Source: a virus
Taxonomy: Duplodnaviria; Caudoviricetes
Reading direction: 5' to 3' (one strand)
Length of the DNA stretch: 64,000 nt
Virus record (IMG/VR): IMGVR_UViG_3300033068_001704
Coordinates: 158,155-222,154 of that record
Shown here: positions 48,683 to 57,554 of the stretch, piece by piece
Position numbering within the stretch: position 1 is the first letter of the stretch
Layout: every line of letters starts with the position of its first letter
Translations under genes and position numbers: made by a program
The notes under the pieces: generated by a model
Database searches by the model: none
Told to the model about the DNA's origin: nothing
What the model saw: only the letters and a program-made list of their open reading frames with translations

Positions 48683-50046
48683 CCTACTGCCTCCGCGAGT
48701 TTCCGTTCGACCCACTTCGACGATTCACCGCGTTGACGAGCCAGCCTCTCCAGGACTTTGCGGATCTCAGCCCTCTCATCATCCGCGCGCTTCCGTTTCT
48801 CCAGCTCGGCGTTTTTCAGTTCCTTCAGCTCACGGGTCCGCCTTTCCCGCTCTTCCGAGTAACCTTCCCCGCAGAACGGGCAGGCGAGTGTTCCAGGTGC
48901 GACTTCGGAGACGCGCTCGCACTCGGGACAGTGCTTCCGAACGGGATCCGATGCGTCTTTCACTCGGCCATCCAAGTTCCAGTGACGCGGGTTCTGGGGG
49001 TGGCCGTGGCGGTCGAAGTTGCCGGCGTGGTCGATGTGGATGCAGACCTTGCCCTTCACCGGGCGGACGCCGCGGCCGACGCGCTGGAGGTACTTCGTCA
49101 GGCTCTTGGTGGGACACGCGTCGATCACGCACTTGGCATCGCAGTCGAAGCCTTCCGTGAGCACGTCCACGTTGACAATGACGTCCAGTTTCCCGGCCTT
49201 GAGCTTCGCGAGGATCTCTTCTCGCTCCACCGAGGGGGTCTCTCCGTCCACGTAGCCGACGCGCCGCTTCGTGCCCCGCTTGAACCGATGGACGATCTTC
49301 TGCGCGTGAGCCCGCGAGGCAGCGAACACGATCGCAGCCTCTCCCCGTCCGTGCTTCTCGTATGCGCGAACGACATCACCAACGAGGATGTTGGCGCTCA
49401 TCTGCGAGCCGAGCTGGGAGCGGGCGTAGTCGCCTCCTTGCGACTTCACCCCATTCACCATCGCGCGGATCTTCTCCGGGGGGAGCCCGTAGCTCTCGAC
49501 CTTGGCGATGAACCCGCCCTCGTGCAGCTCGACCGGATTCGACACCTCGAACATCTCCACGAAGGTCTCTCCGAGGCCCTTCCCGTCGAGTCGCTCGGGG
49601 GTAGCGGTCAGCCCGAGGACCATGGCGCGAGGCCGCGCAGCGAGGACAGCCTGGTATCCGTTCGCCTGGATGCGGTGCGCCTCATCGACGATGATGAGGT
49701 TGACGTTCGGGATCTCATCCAGGTGCCCCTGGACGGTCTGGATGCTTGCGACGAGGATGCGGGCGTCGCGGTTGTAGTTCTTGTGCCCGCTCCAGACGCC
49801 GATGTCCTTCTTCGGGACGTTGGTCCGTTCGATGTGCTCGACCGCCTGGTTGAGCAGCTCCTGACGATGTGCCAGCCAGAGCACCTTCGTACAGGGCCCG
49901 AGCTGACGGGCGATCTGGAGGACAACCGAGACGCCGATGACCGTCTTGCCGCTTCCGGTCGGGGACACTGCCACAACGCGACGCGATTTCTGCAAGAGGG
50001 CGACGATCTTCGGAACGGCCTTCTGCTGGTACGGGCGAAGCTTCAT
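48679..50046 (-). CDS. SF2 DEAH helicase (RadD/YejH/UvsW-like) with C-terminal zinc ribbon
   Basis: LRPYQ, SPTGSGKT, IVDEAH, GLTATP, LTEGFD, QRVGRGVR, CPEC...CPFCG. Confidence 0.92.
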   Translation of the reverse strand: MKLRPYQQKAVPKIVALLQKSRRVVAVSPTGSGKTVIGVSVVLQIARQLGPCTKVLWLAHRQELLNQAVEHIERTNVPKKDIGVWSGHKNYNRDARILVASIQTVQGHLDEIPNVNLIIVDEAHRIQANGYQAVLAARPRAMVLGLTATPERLDGKGLGETFVEMFEVSNPVELHEGGFIAKVESYGLPPEKIRAMVNGVKSQGGDYARSQLGSQMSANILVGDVVRAYEKHGRGEAAIVFAASRAHAQKIVHRFKRGTKRRVGYVDGETPSVEREEILAKLKAGKLDVIVNVDVLTEGFDCDAKCVIDACPTKSLTKYLQRVGRGVRPVKGKVCIHIDHAGNFDRHGHPQNPRHWNLDGRVKDASDPVRKHCPECERVSEVAPGTLACPFCGEGYSEERERRTRELKELKNAELEKRKRADDERAEIRKVLERLARQRGESSKWVERKLAEAVG

Positions 50047-50092
50047 TTCCAAGTCCCAGGTGAGTCCCCACGCGCCGTTCGCGTTCTAATAG

Positions 50093-50123
50093 GGAACGGC
50101 CGGGCCGTTGGTTTTTACCCCCC
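50093..50123 (-). promoter_or_regulatory. Phage promoter-like motif copy (GGGGGGTAA-N16-CGTTCC)
   Basis: Upstream of the DEAH helicase gene. Confidence 0.65.
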
Positions 50124-50220
50124 AGACCAAGACATTGGGGAAAGATTCGACGTGGCAGCGACCAAGATGTGGGAGATCCGGTCACACACAGCTTCGAGTG
50201 TGTGACCGGATCCCATCCAG

Positions 50221-50706
50221 TTACCGCCGCGCTTCCTCGATGAGGAGGTGGAGATTCGCCTGGACTTCGGCGAGGGTGACCGTCTCTTCTTCCCACCGAG
50301 AGGGGGGAGCCGAGGGCTTGAGGATGGAGGTGAACCAGGTGATGAGCCTCTGGTTGGCCTCGTGGAGGGTTCCCATCGGGACCGGCTTCCCCTGGAGCTT
50401 CTGAAGCTCTGTGATCGGGACGCCAGGTCCGCGAAGTTGCTCGATGACCTTGGGGACCTGGAGGGGTCCGGTCTGCACGACTTGGAGGATCGGGGGAGGC
50501 TGGGCGGGGCGTTCCGTTCTCTCGAAGTTGAGAACCTCTGCGAGGTCCGGGACACCTTCGGTGCCCTGGGCAATCGCGGCAGCTTCTGCGGTGGGGATGA
50601 ACAGCGCTTGGAGACGTCGATCTCCGCGCGGGGTCTTCACCTGGAACTGTTCGTCCAGTTGGATTCCAGTGTGTGCGGTCTTTCGGACCGCGGTTTTTCT
50701 TGCCAT
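50221..50706 (-). CDS. Hypothetical protein
   Basis: Start taken at ATG 50706 (MARKTAVRK). Confidence 0.55.
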   Translation of the reverse strand: MARKTAVRKTAHTGIQLDEQFQVKTPRGDRRLQALFIPTAEAAAIAQGTEGVPDLAEVLNFERTERPAQPPPILQVVQTGPLQVPKVIEQLRGPGVPITELQKLQGKPVPMGTLHEANQRLITWFTSILKPSAPPSRWEEETVTLAEVQANLHLLIEEARR

Positions 50707-50767
50707 GGGGTGACCATACCCACGGCCTTTCGGGGGCCCTGAACCCACGAAAAGCGTAACGGGGGGA

Positions 50768-51235
50768 ATGCGCAAACCCATATTTGCCGATGAGGATGTG
50801 AAACCCGTCTCTGGGGGGTCCAAAGGGTTCATCGTCGTCAAGAAGAACGACGACAACCCCCCCGAGGAATACCTCTATACGGAGTTGGAAGAGCTATGGC
50901 AGGCGGCGGAATCCATACGGAAACGTCCTCTAACGGAGGATGAGATTCAGACGATGAGGCAACGGAAATTCCGACAGGGTATGTACAGGGAGGACAGGGG
51001 CCTCATCCTCTACTTCGAGGGCGTGAAGCACCTCGTGGACCCGATGCTCTGTGGCATGTTGAAGGAGATGAAGGCAGGGACCGGGTTCGCGTGCTGGAGC
51101 TACGATCGGACTCTCGCAAAGAGTCTCAGTCTGGAAGAAGCGGAAGCATTTCTAGCCACGTGCAACTTGAGGCTCGAACACGAGCCCTACGTATCTTTCT
51201 GGATCGAGTCCTTCGACGCGTCTGCTCAGGCGTAA
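50768..51235 (+). CDS. Hypothetical protein
   Basis: Clean ORF. Confidence 0.6.
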   Translation: MRKPIFADEDVKPVSGGSKGFIVVKKNDDNPPEEYLYTELEELWQAAESIRKRPLTEDEIQTMRQRKFRQGMYREDRGLILYFEGVKHLVDPMLCGMLKEMKAGTGFACWSYDRTLAKSLSLEEAEAFLATCNLRLEHEPYVSFWIESFDASAQA

Positions 51236-51242
51236 GGGTGGG

Positions 51243-51620
51243 ATGTCCTACCTGAGGGTCGAAAAGGTCGAGTTCCTGTACATCGGCTTCTGGGAGCCCC
51301 TGTCGTTCGAGTCCACGTCCCTTGAGATGGACGTGGACGGGGAGGTCTCCGGAATGATCGTCCACGTCGGGCCGACACACGAGCCCCTTCGGGCGATCAT
51401 CGATCGGGAGTCGAGGTACCACTCCTACCCGCTGCGCATCTTCACGGATGAGGGGTGCTGGTCGCTGCCCCTGGCGAGGTTCATGGTCGTGAGAGACCTG
51501 AACGGAACGAGGATCTGCGTTGCGGCCTCGAAGAGCTACTTCGCGAGGGCACCGAGACCGGGATTCGACGAGGATCTACGTCTCGGCCTTGAAGAGCGAC
51601 TTCGCCAGGGCAGCCGCTGA
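51243..51620 (+). CDS. Hypothetical protein
   Basis: Clean ORF. Confidence 0.6.
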   Translation: MSYLRVEKVEFLYIGFWEPLSFESTSLEMDVDGEVSGMIVHVGPTHEPLRAIIDRESRYHSYPLRIFTDEGCWSLPLARFMVVRDLNGTRICVAASKSYFARAPRPGFDEDLRLGLEERLRQGSR

Positions 51621-51636
51621 AGATTCTCCGTCGCTC

Positions 51637-51667
51637 GGGGGGTAAAGACTCGGGTCCGCGCCGTTAC
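51637..51667 (+). promoter_or_regulatory. Phage promoter-like motif copy (GGGGGGTAA-N16-CGTTAC)
   Basis: Intergenic, before ATG 51691. Confidence 0.7.
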
Positions 51668-51690
51668 GTTTGTGACCACGGAGGTCGCAG

Positions 51691-51963
51691 ATGAAGGCGC
51701 TGGATTTCAAGGGGACTTCGACGGGAATGCTCGTCACCCGCAGCGAGCACTGGAACCGCGAGCGTTGCGTCAAGCCCGGGACCGAGCCCCAGCTCGGGAT
51801 GATCGTCGGCCACGAGTTCTTCGTGGACAAGGTGTGTGGGGTCGTATGCTTCCCCATCATCCACTGGGAGGGGCAGGTCGGCGGGTCCATGACGCACCCT
51901 GCGAACGCCGTCCCCTACCGGGAGAAGGACCGTGTCCTCCCCGAGATCGACGTGGAGGAGTGA
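51691..51963 (+). CDS. Hypothetical protein
   Basis: GGAGG RBS. Confidence 0.65.
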   Translation: MKALDFKGTSTGMLVTRSEHWNRERCVKPGTEPQLGMIVGHEFFVDKVCGVVCFPIIHWEGQVGGSMTHPANAVPYREKDRVLPEIDVEE

Positions 51964-51964
51964 G

Positions 51965-52231
51965 ATGGCCGGACGAGGCACGGGGGTTCCGATCTACTTC
52001 GGCTGCGCGAAGTGTCGGCTCAGCATGTCCCCCCACGCATCGCGGGGGGAACGCCTTCTGACGAGGGTCACCCGCACGGGTCGTACGCGGCCTCTCCGGG
52101 GTCCTCAGAGGACGAATGGTCCGCCTCGCACGCTGCGCGAGCAGCACGAGTACAAGTGCACGGGGTGCGGCCACATCGGCTGGTCCCGCCACATCGACAT
52201 GCTCCAGTCCCCGATCGAACCGGTGAAGTGA
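51965..52231 (+). CDS. Small zinc-ribbon protein
   Basis: GCAKC...EYKCTGCGH. Confidence 0.6.
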   Translation: MAGRGTGVPIYFGCAKCRLSMSPHASRGERLLTRVTRTGRTRPLRGPQRTNGPPRTLREQHEYKCTGCGHIGWSRHIDMLQSPIEPVK

Positions 52232-52452
52232 TGCAGCCCCAGGAGACGACCTGGCACTTCGTGGACATCGAGGAGGAGGCCGGGGAGGGTTGGTGGGTCG
52301 TGGTGCTCGGGGTGAACCCGGACGGCTCCCAGGAAAAGCAGCACCGAAAGCTGTTCAGGCACAGCAAGATCGACCGTGGGCTGGCTCGGTGGTCGGCTCA
52401 CCTACTCGCCTGGCACATCGCTTCGAAGGAAGGGGTCCGGTACCTCGCATGA
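52231..52452 (+). CDS. Hypothetical protein
   Basis: Coupled to the previous stop. Confidence 0.5.
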   Translation: MQPQETTWHFVDIEEEAGEGWWVVVLGVNPDGSQEKQHRKLFRHSKIDRGLARWSAHLLAWHIASKEGVRYLA

Positions 52453-52559
52453 CCAGCAGACACCACAATCCCGAGCGCAGCGCGTGGCGCGGTCGCTCAC
52501 ACAAGAACGGCGGGGAGCGCGTCCGCGCCCTCCGGGAAGCTCCGAACCGTGAGGATGCC

Positions 52560-52733
52560 ATGAGCGAGAGCAAGGTTACGATCGTGGTCCGCGTCACCTG
52601 CAAGGAGTCGGAGGCCGACTCGATCGAGGCCTCGATCCGCAACCACATCCTGACCATCGACGAGGTCGAGAACGTCGAGTGGTCCTCGGAGGGCGGTGAC
52701 ACCGACGACTTCTGGCGAGAGGACCGCGCGTGA
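52560..52733 (+). CDS. Small acidic protein
   Basis: GAGGA RBS; an alternative in-frame start exists at 52449. Confidence 0.5.
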   Translation: MSESKVTIVVRVTCKESEADSIEASIRNHILTIDEVENVEWSSEGGDTDDFWREDRA

Positions 52734-52936
52734 CCTCTCCGAAGCGCATGACCCCGGAGCGGTTCGCCGAGATCCAAGAAGGTGTGCGCTCAGGTTCGGG
52801 CAAGGTGTGGCTGTATGAGGCGGCAGACGAGCTGATCGCCGAGATCTGCGCACTGCGCGTGGACCTGAGCAACACCGAAGAGGCCGCGGAGCGCATCGCT
52901 GAGCGAGCACGTATCTGCCCGACGACGCGTCCCTAG
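52730..52936 (+). CDS. Hypothetical protein
   Basis: GTGA overlap. Confidence 0.55.
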   Translation: MTSPKRMTPERFAEIQEGVRSGSGKVWLYEAADELIAEICALRVDLSNTEEAAERIAERARICPTTRP

Positions 52937-52944
52937 GGGCGCGC

Positions 52945-52975
52945 GGGGGGTAAAGACCGGGGGCTGGTTCGTTAC
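52945..52975 (+). promoter_or_regulatory. Phage promoter-like motif copy (GGGGGGTAA-N16-CGTTAC)
   Basis: Intergenic, before the 52980 gene. Confidence 0.7.
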
Positions 52976-52979
52976 CAGG

Positions 52980-53261
52980 ATGAGGAAGACCAAGATGACC
53001 GACAAGATCCCGAACGCGCATGCGCTCTACAGCTACGCCCAGCTGGAGCAGGAGATGGCCAAGCGCCGCATCATGGACAGCGTGAAGCTGCTCCGCAGCT
53101 ACCTCGACGACGTCGAGCGTGGGCTCGCCAAGGGCCGGGCTCCGACGGGGGAGGCAGCGAACATGGGCCAGCACGTCGCCCGCATCTCGGAGTGCGCCGG
53201 GAGGATGGACCTCCTGGATGATCTCTCGGGATGGACGACCCCGGCCAAGAGCAAGCCGTGA
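52980..53261 (+). CDS. Small helical protein, paralogue A
   Basis: Similar to 53508-53729. Confidence 0.7.
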   Translation: MRKTKMTDKIPNAHALYSYAQLEQEMAKRRIMDSVKLLRSYLDDVERGLAKGRAPTGEAANMGQHVARISECAGRMDLLDDLSGWTTPAKSKP

Positions 53262-53506
53262 GCACCCCCGACAACGAGCCGGACTGGAAGGCCATCGCGC
53301 TGTACTTGGCCGACTGTCACGCCGCGACGGCCCAGCACGAGGGCAGCATGTCGCGCACGAGCAAGTCGTCCAAGGACCGCTTCATCTCGATCTGCGAGAA
53401 GGCAGCGGGGATGATCCGGAACCAGGACAACATGCGGCACCTGGCCAGCCAAGAGAGTGTCCTCGCGCGTCTCGATTCCGCGGTCAACGCCCTGAAGGAG
53501 AAGTGA
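53258..53506 (+). CDS. Hypothetical protein
   Basis: GTGA overlap. Confidence 0.6.
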   Translation: MSTPDNEPDWKAIALYLADCHAATAQHEGSMSRTSKSSKDRFISICEKAAGMIRNQDNMRHLASQESVLARLDSAVNALKEK

Positions 53507-53507
53507 G

Positions 53508-53729
53508 ATGAGCACACAGATCGACTCGGGGCTCGCGAAGATGGAGTCCGACAACGCCAAGCGGCGGATCCTCGATCACGTCGCCACCCTCCGACGCACC
53601 CTCGACGAGATCGAAGGCGCCATCAAGAACGGGAGGCCGCCCACGGGTGAGGTCGCCAACATGGGCTTCCAGGTTGCCCGGATGGCGGAGAACGCGGGGA
53701 AGCTGGACCTCCTGGATTCGCTCGGATGA
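53508..53729 (+). CDS. Small helical protein, paralogue B
   Basis: Similar to 52980-53261. Confidence 0.7.
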   Translation: MSTQIDSGLAKMESDNAKRRILDHVATLRRTLDEIEGAIKNGRPPTGEVANMGFQVARMAENAGKLDLLDSLG

Positions 53730-54013
53730 TGCCCGAGTACGAATCGGTCGAGGCGTTCGTGGAGTTCCTCCTCGACGAGGATCGGACGTCCTTCGCCCAC
53801 ACAGACCTCGGGGAGCTGGCCTTTCAGCTTCAGCGCTCCCGGTCCAAGATCCGGGCGGAACTCGAAGAGTACGGGCTCACGCTCTCGGAGCGCCCGATCG
53901 AGAAGAAGGTCCGCGGCTTCACCTCGAACAACCACAACCGCTGGCACGGCAACCCCTGTGGGGGCGGCACGGGCTGGGAACAGATCAACGGGTTCGCGGG
54001 GCAGGCAGGATGA
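53726..54013 (+). CDS. Hypothetical protein
   Basis: ATGA overlap. Confidence 0.65.
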   Translation: MMPEYESVEAFVEFLLDEDRTSFAHTDLGELAFQLQRSRSKIRAELEEYGLTLSERPIEKKVRGFTSNNHNRWHGNPCGGGTGWEQINGFAGQAG

Positions 54014-54210
54014 TCTCCGTCCGGGTCCAATTCCTCGCTCCTTGGGAGCACCGCGAGAACCGGGTTCCCCCCCAGGGCTACTGGACAGTGGATGCCGGGA
54101 AGTACCCCCCGGTCTCTCACTTCCCGGACACAGTCTGGTGGGTGAGGTTTGCGGGGGTTCGGGTCGAGCTTCAGTACGAGCCTCAGAGGAAGCAGGGGAA
54201 CGATGAGTGA
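54010..54210 (+). CDS. Hypothetical protein
   Basis: ATGA overlap. Confidence 0.45.
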   Translation: MISVRVQFLAPWEHRENRVPPQGYWTVDAGKYPPVSHFPDTVWWVRFAGVRVELQYEPQRKQGNDE

Positions 54211-54409
54211 GAAGCCCACCATGAACCCTCTCAAGAAGCTCCTGAACATGCCCATGGTCGAGGTCATGACCCTCTTTGAGGGAGGGTCTGAGCGGCATTG
54301 GGTTCCGCTCCACATGGCCTTCAACCTGGTCCTGTACGCGTTCTTCGTGGGGGTGATTTCGGGGGGTCTCCTTGGGATCGCTGCCTTCATTTTCGGTCAG
54401 GCGGCGTGA
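54203..54409 (+). CDS. Small membrane protein
   Basis: Hydrophobic C-terminal half. Confidence 0.55.
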   Translation: MSEKPTMNPLKKLLNMPMVEVMTLFEGGSERHWVPLHMAFNLVLYAFFVGVISGGLLGIAAFIFGQAA

Positions 54410-54420
54410 TCTGCGGGTGA

Positions 54421-54450
54421 GGGGGTAAAAACCCAGGTGACTCCCGTTAC
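54421..54450 (+). promoter_or_regulatory. Phage promoter-like motif copy (GGGGGTAA-N16-CGTTAC)
   Basis: Intergenic, before the 54457 gene. Confidence 0.7.
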
Positions 54451-54456
54451 TGGAAC

Positions 54457-54837
54457 GTGGAGAACACGATGGACACCGAGCTTCCCAGCAAAATCAAGGC
54501 GACGATCTATCACAAGGGCCCGGACGGCTCGATCGGCAAGACCGAGGGCTACGTCACCGAGACCAGCACCCACGGCGTCACGATCATCCCGGCGCGCGGT
54601 CGGCGCGAGCGCATGCTCATGTCGTACTACACGCCCTTCTGGATGGTCGTCGAGGGCTGGGGCCACCCCACGCCTGGCAACGGCCAGCGCGTCGTCTCCT
54701 CGGGTCCTGGCGTCACCGTCACCCAGGGCGCGTACCGGAGCCAGGATCCTCGCTGGGTCGAGGACTTCTTCGCCGGTGCGGGTCAGGGACTTCAGCCCCT
54801 GGCGATCTACCGCGATGGGGTCCTGACGACGAAGTGA
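54457..54837 (+). CDS. Hypothetical protein
   Basis: Strong codon bias. Confidence 0.7.
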   Translation: MENTMDTELPSKIKATIYHKGPDGSIGKTEGYVTETSTHGVTIIPARGRRERMLMSYYTPFWMVVEGWGHPTPGNGQRVVSSGPGVTVTQGAYRSQDPRWVEDFFAGAGQGLQPLAIYRDGVLTTK

Positions 54838-54870
54838 CTCAGATCCCCCGGTGACGGCGTAAGACGGGGG

Positions 54871-55224
54871 ATGAACGAGAAGACCTCGGAAGATCTGCTT
54901 GGGGAGATCGCCACCCACATCGTGCTGATGGCTGCTCAAGCCCCGGACGTAAAGAGTGGGGACGAGGAACCGGAAACCGTACGCGAGTTCTGGTTCCAGC
55001 TCTTCGAGCGGTACGGGGAGACAATGCAGCGGGAAGAGCGCGATCAGCCCATCCCGATGCGTCTCCACTGTCCTGAGTGCCATGAGCTTCACCTTGACGA
55101 AGGCGACTTCGCCACGAAGCCTCATCACACTCACGCGTGCCAGGGGTGTGGGAACGTGTGGCGCCCCGCCGTCCGCAACACGGTTGGGGTCCGGTTCCTC
55201 CCTGGATTCAAGAACGACCCCTGA
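54871..55224 (+). CDS. Hypothetical zinc-binding protein
   Basis: LHCPECHELHLD...PHHTHACQGCGNVWRP. Confidence 0.65.
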   Translation: MNEKTSEDLLGEIATHIVLMAAQAPDVKSGDEEPETVREFWFQLFERYGETMQREERDQPIPMRLHCPECHELHLDEGDFATKPHHTHACQGCGNVWRPAVRNTVGVRFLPGFKNDP

Positions 55225-55622
55225 TGATCCGCTTCGTCAACCAGGCTGAGGTTCTCTCCCGAGAGTCTGAGTTCCGTGCATGCACGGAGGGACCCGGGTC
55301 GGACATGAACGTGATGCTTGACCGTCTCATCAGCGGGAAGGTCACCCAGTTCGTCGCCGTGGTCATCGAGGACGGGAGCCGTCTCGTTGGATGGGCCTCG
55401 GCCTACACATGGGGGGAAAAGTCCAGGCACATGATGGACGTGTACGTCTGTCTGGGAGCCCGATGTTGTGGGTTCGGTCGCCGACTCGTTCAAGCTTTGC
55501 TCGACGAGAATGCGCGCCTCGCGTACCCCCAGCCGATCGCGGATGACGACCCCAAGTCCTTCTGGGCAGCGTTCGAGGGGCAGGTAGTTCCCGTCTCTGT
55601 CGCTTTCGCCCACCTCTTGTAG
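55224..55622 (+). CDS. GNAT-family acetyltransferase-like protein
   Basis: LVGWAS...VYV...RCCGFGRRLV (motif A-like)...SFW. Confidence 0.55.
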   Translation: MIRFVNQAEVLSRESEFRACTEGPGSDMNVMLDRLISGKVTQFVAVVIEDGSRLVGWASAYTWGEKSRHMMDVYVCLGARCCGFGRRLVQALLDENARLAYPQPIADDDPKSFWAAFEGQVVPVSVAFAHLL

Positions 55623-55631
55623 GGAGTAGGT

Positions 55632-55967
55632 ATGTCCGCGCTCGATCTCCTCAAGAAGAAGTGGTTGAAGGACAAGCTCACCCGCTTCGACTTCACCAAC
55701 GCGTGCGAGGACATGCTCCGCGCCGGGGCGTCGTTCGACGACCTCTACGGGGCGGCAACCGTGGACCGGCAGATCCTCAAGCTCTGGGTGAGGCAGATGA
55801 ACTCCCTCTGCTTCGAAAACCCGGAGAACATGATCACGCTCTTCGGCGGGTGTAGCCGGGGTCCTGTGGACCACCCTCCGTTCCAGCCTCTCCCCGACGA
55901 CCTGAAGGCGAGGCTGGTGGAGTGGCTCACCCAGAACGGGCTCGTGCTGCCGGAGATAGAAACGTAG
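55632..55967 (+). CDS. Hypothetical protein
   Basis: Clean ORF with RBS. Confidence 0.65.
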   Translation: MSALDLLKKKWLKDKLTRFDFTNACEDMLRAGASFDDLYGAATVDRQILKLWVRQMNSLCFENPENMITLFGGCSRGPVDHPPFQPLPDDLKARLVEWLTQNGLVLPEIET

Positions 55968-55971
55968 GCCT

Positions 55972-56003
55972 GGGGGGGTAATTCCACGGGGCTGAAGCGT
56001 TAC
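55972..56003 (+). promoter_or_regulatory. Phage promoter-like motif copy (GGGGGGGTAA-N16-CGTTAC)
   Basis: Intergenic, before ATG 56034. Confidence 0.7.
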
Positions 56004-56033
56004 AAAGGTGTAACCCCCCAAGAGGATCACCCG

Positions 56034-56255
56034 ATGCGCACCCGACAGCAGGATCTGACCGAACGGCTCCACCGGCACAACCGTCAGCAGGAGCTGACCG
56101 AGCAGCTTCACCAGATCCAGCGGAAGCAGCAGCGCCTCACCGAGGAGCTTCTCAAGCACGCGCATCGCGAGTACCAGCGTGTGATGGGTCCGGTCCACGA
56201 GATCTGGAACCGGAACGCGCGCCGCACCGAGGAACGCATCGGACGGTGGGGCTGA
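56034..56255 (+). CDS. Small coiled-coil protein with internal RQQ.LTE.LH repeats
   Basis: AGAGGA RBS; three similar units. Confidence 0.6.
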   Translation: MRTRQQDLTERLHRHNRQQELTEQLHQIQRKQQRLTEELLKHAHREYQRVMGPVHEIWNRNARRTEERIGRWG

Positions 56256-56485
56256 TGGCTGGGAAGCCGCCTCGCCCCGAGATCCGGTACGGCCGGGCAC
56301 TCCGAGCGAAGTCGAAGGCGGAGGAGCGCCCCATGGTCGCCCTCGCCATCAACGGGGACCTCACGGACCTGCCATGGGTCCCGGTCTCCGCGGAGTTCAT
56401 CGGCCTCGGCGATGAGGAGCTGGTCAAGGACCTGTACGGCGCTCTGGTGCGGTACACGGAGCGGATCGGGAAGAAGGAACGATGA
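56255..56485 (+). CDS. Hypothetical protein
   Basis: TGATG coupling. Confidence 0.55.
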   Translation: MAGKPPRPEIRYGRALRAKSKAEERPMVALAINGDLTDLPWVPVSAEFIGLGDEELVKDLYGALVRYTERIGKKER

Positions 56486-56682
56486 TTCCCGAGATCGCAG
56501 TCAGCTTCTCGGACGGGTCGTTCATCACCCGCCAGTTCGTGCTCGGTGGTGGGTGCGTCCACTGCGGGACGACCGGCAAGTACCACTTCACCTACGTGGG
56601 GGTGTTGGACACGACGCCCCTCGGACTGTGTTGTTCGCTACGGTGCGCCGAACGGCGTACGAAGAGATTGGGGTTGCGATGA
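56482..56682 (+). CDS. Small Cys-rich protein
   Basis: CVHCG...CCSLRC. Confidence 0.55.
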   Translation: MIPEIAVSFSDGSFITRQFVLGGGCVHCGTTGKYHFTYVGVLDTTPLGLCCSLRCAERRTKRLGLR

Positions 56683-56891
56683 GTCAGAAGACGGTTCGAG
56701 TCCGCATCGCGGTGGCCGTGAAGGCCGACAAGGACGCCATCGGCGGGGCCGTCTGGGGCGCGCGCGGGGAGTGTGGGCACTCGGACGAGGACGTCGTGGA
56801 GGCGCTCAAGCCCGATCCGACCGAGACCATCGTCTGGGTCGAGGCGGACATCCCCATCCCGTCGGTGGTCATCGGGACGGTCATCTCGTGA
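56679..56891 (+). CDS. Hypothetical protein
   Basis: KTVRVRIAVAV...WVEADIPIP. Confidence 0.6.
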   Translation: MSQKTVRVRIAVAVKADKDAIGGAVWGARGECGHSDEDVVEALKPDPTETIVWVEADIPIPSVVIGTVIS

Positions 56892-57247
56892 AGAAGCGCC
56901 TTCGGAAGAAGAAGCGGGTCGGCGAATTCGCCATCCAGGGCATCGTCTTCGAGGGCGTGTTCGTCTCGGTGGATGACACGTTCGAGAACGTCTTCATCGA
57001 TCGCCTCATCGAGTTCGTCGAGACGTTCGGGATGTCGTGCGGTGGGGGCTCCAACAGCGAGACGTTCGGATTCATCGTCTCCGGCTACCGGTACGACCCG
57101 AACCGTCGAGGTGGTCGAGGGGGCTACTACCCGGTCAGCACGACCGAGGCGGAGTGGAAGGCCGTCGCCACCTGGCTGAGCGTTCAGCCGGACGTGAAGA
57201 GCTTCACCATCGGCCGGACCGATCTGTACGGAGGAGGCTCGGAGTGA
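56888..57247 (+). CDS. YggL/DUF469-like (ribosome-associated) protein
   Basis: KKRLRKKKRVGEF...FIDRLIEFVE..G.SCGGG...STTEAE...V..WL. Confidence 0.7.
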   Translation: MKKRLRKKKRVGEFAIQGIVFEGVFVSVDDTFENVFIDRLIEFVETFGMSCGGGSNSETFGFIVSGYRYDPNRRGGRGGYYPVSTTEAEWKAVATWLSVQPDVKSFTIGRTDLYGGGSE

Positions 57248-57510
57248 TCGACTTCGAAGCCCGGGTGAAGGCGCTCCGAGAGGCCATCGGACCCACCTCG
57301 ACGACCGACGGGGAAGTCCTTCTCGCAGCGCTCCAAGACGTTGCCCTCGCCGCCGGTGCGGCGGAACGGGAGGCGTGTGCAGCGCTCTGCGCCCAGGTGC
57401 GCTGTCGCAATTGGGACTCGAAGGAGTGCGCTTCGCAGATCCGCAGGCGGCCCGAGACGGACCCGGCAACGGTGACCGGCGTCGGGTTCAAAACGGACGT
57501 GAGGGGGTAA
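57244..57510 (+). CDS. Hypothetical protein
   Basis: AAEREACAALC...ECASQIR phage motif. Confidence 0.6.
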   Translation: MIDFEARVKALREAIGPTSTTDGEVLLAALQDVALAAGAAEREACAALCAQVRCRNWDSKECASQIRRRPETDPATVTGVGFKTDVRG

Positions 57511-57532
57511 GAGACCAGCCCCCATCCGTTAC
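57503..57532 (+). promoter_or_regulatory. Phage promoter-like motif copy (GGGGGTAA-N16-CGTTAC)
   Basis: Immediately before the helicase fusion gene. Confidence 0.7.
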
Positions 57533-57554
57533 TAGATGGGGGCTGGAGACCGTG

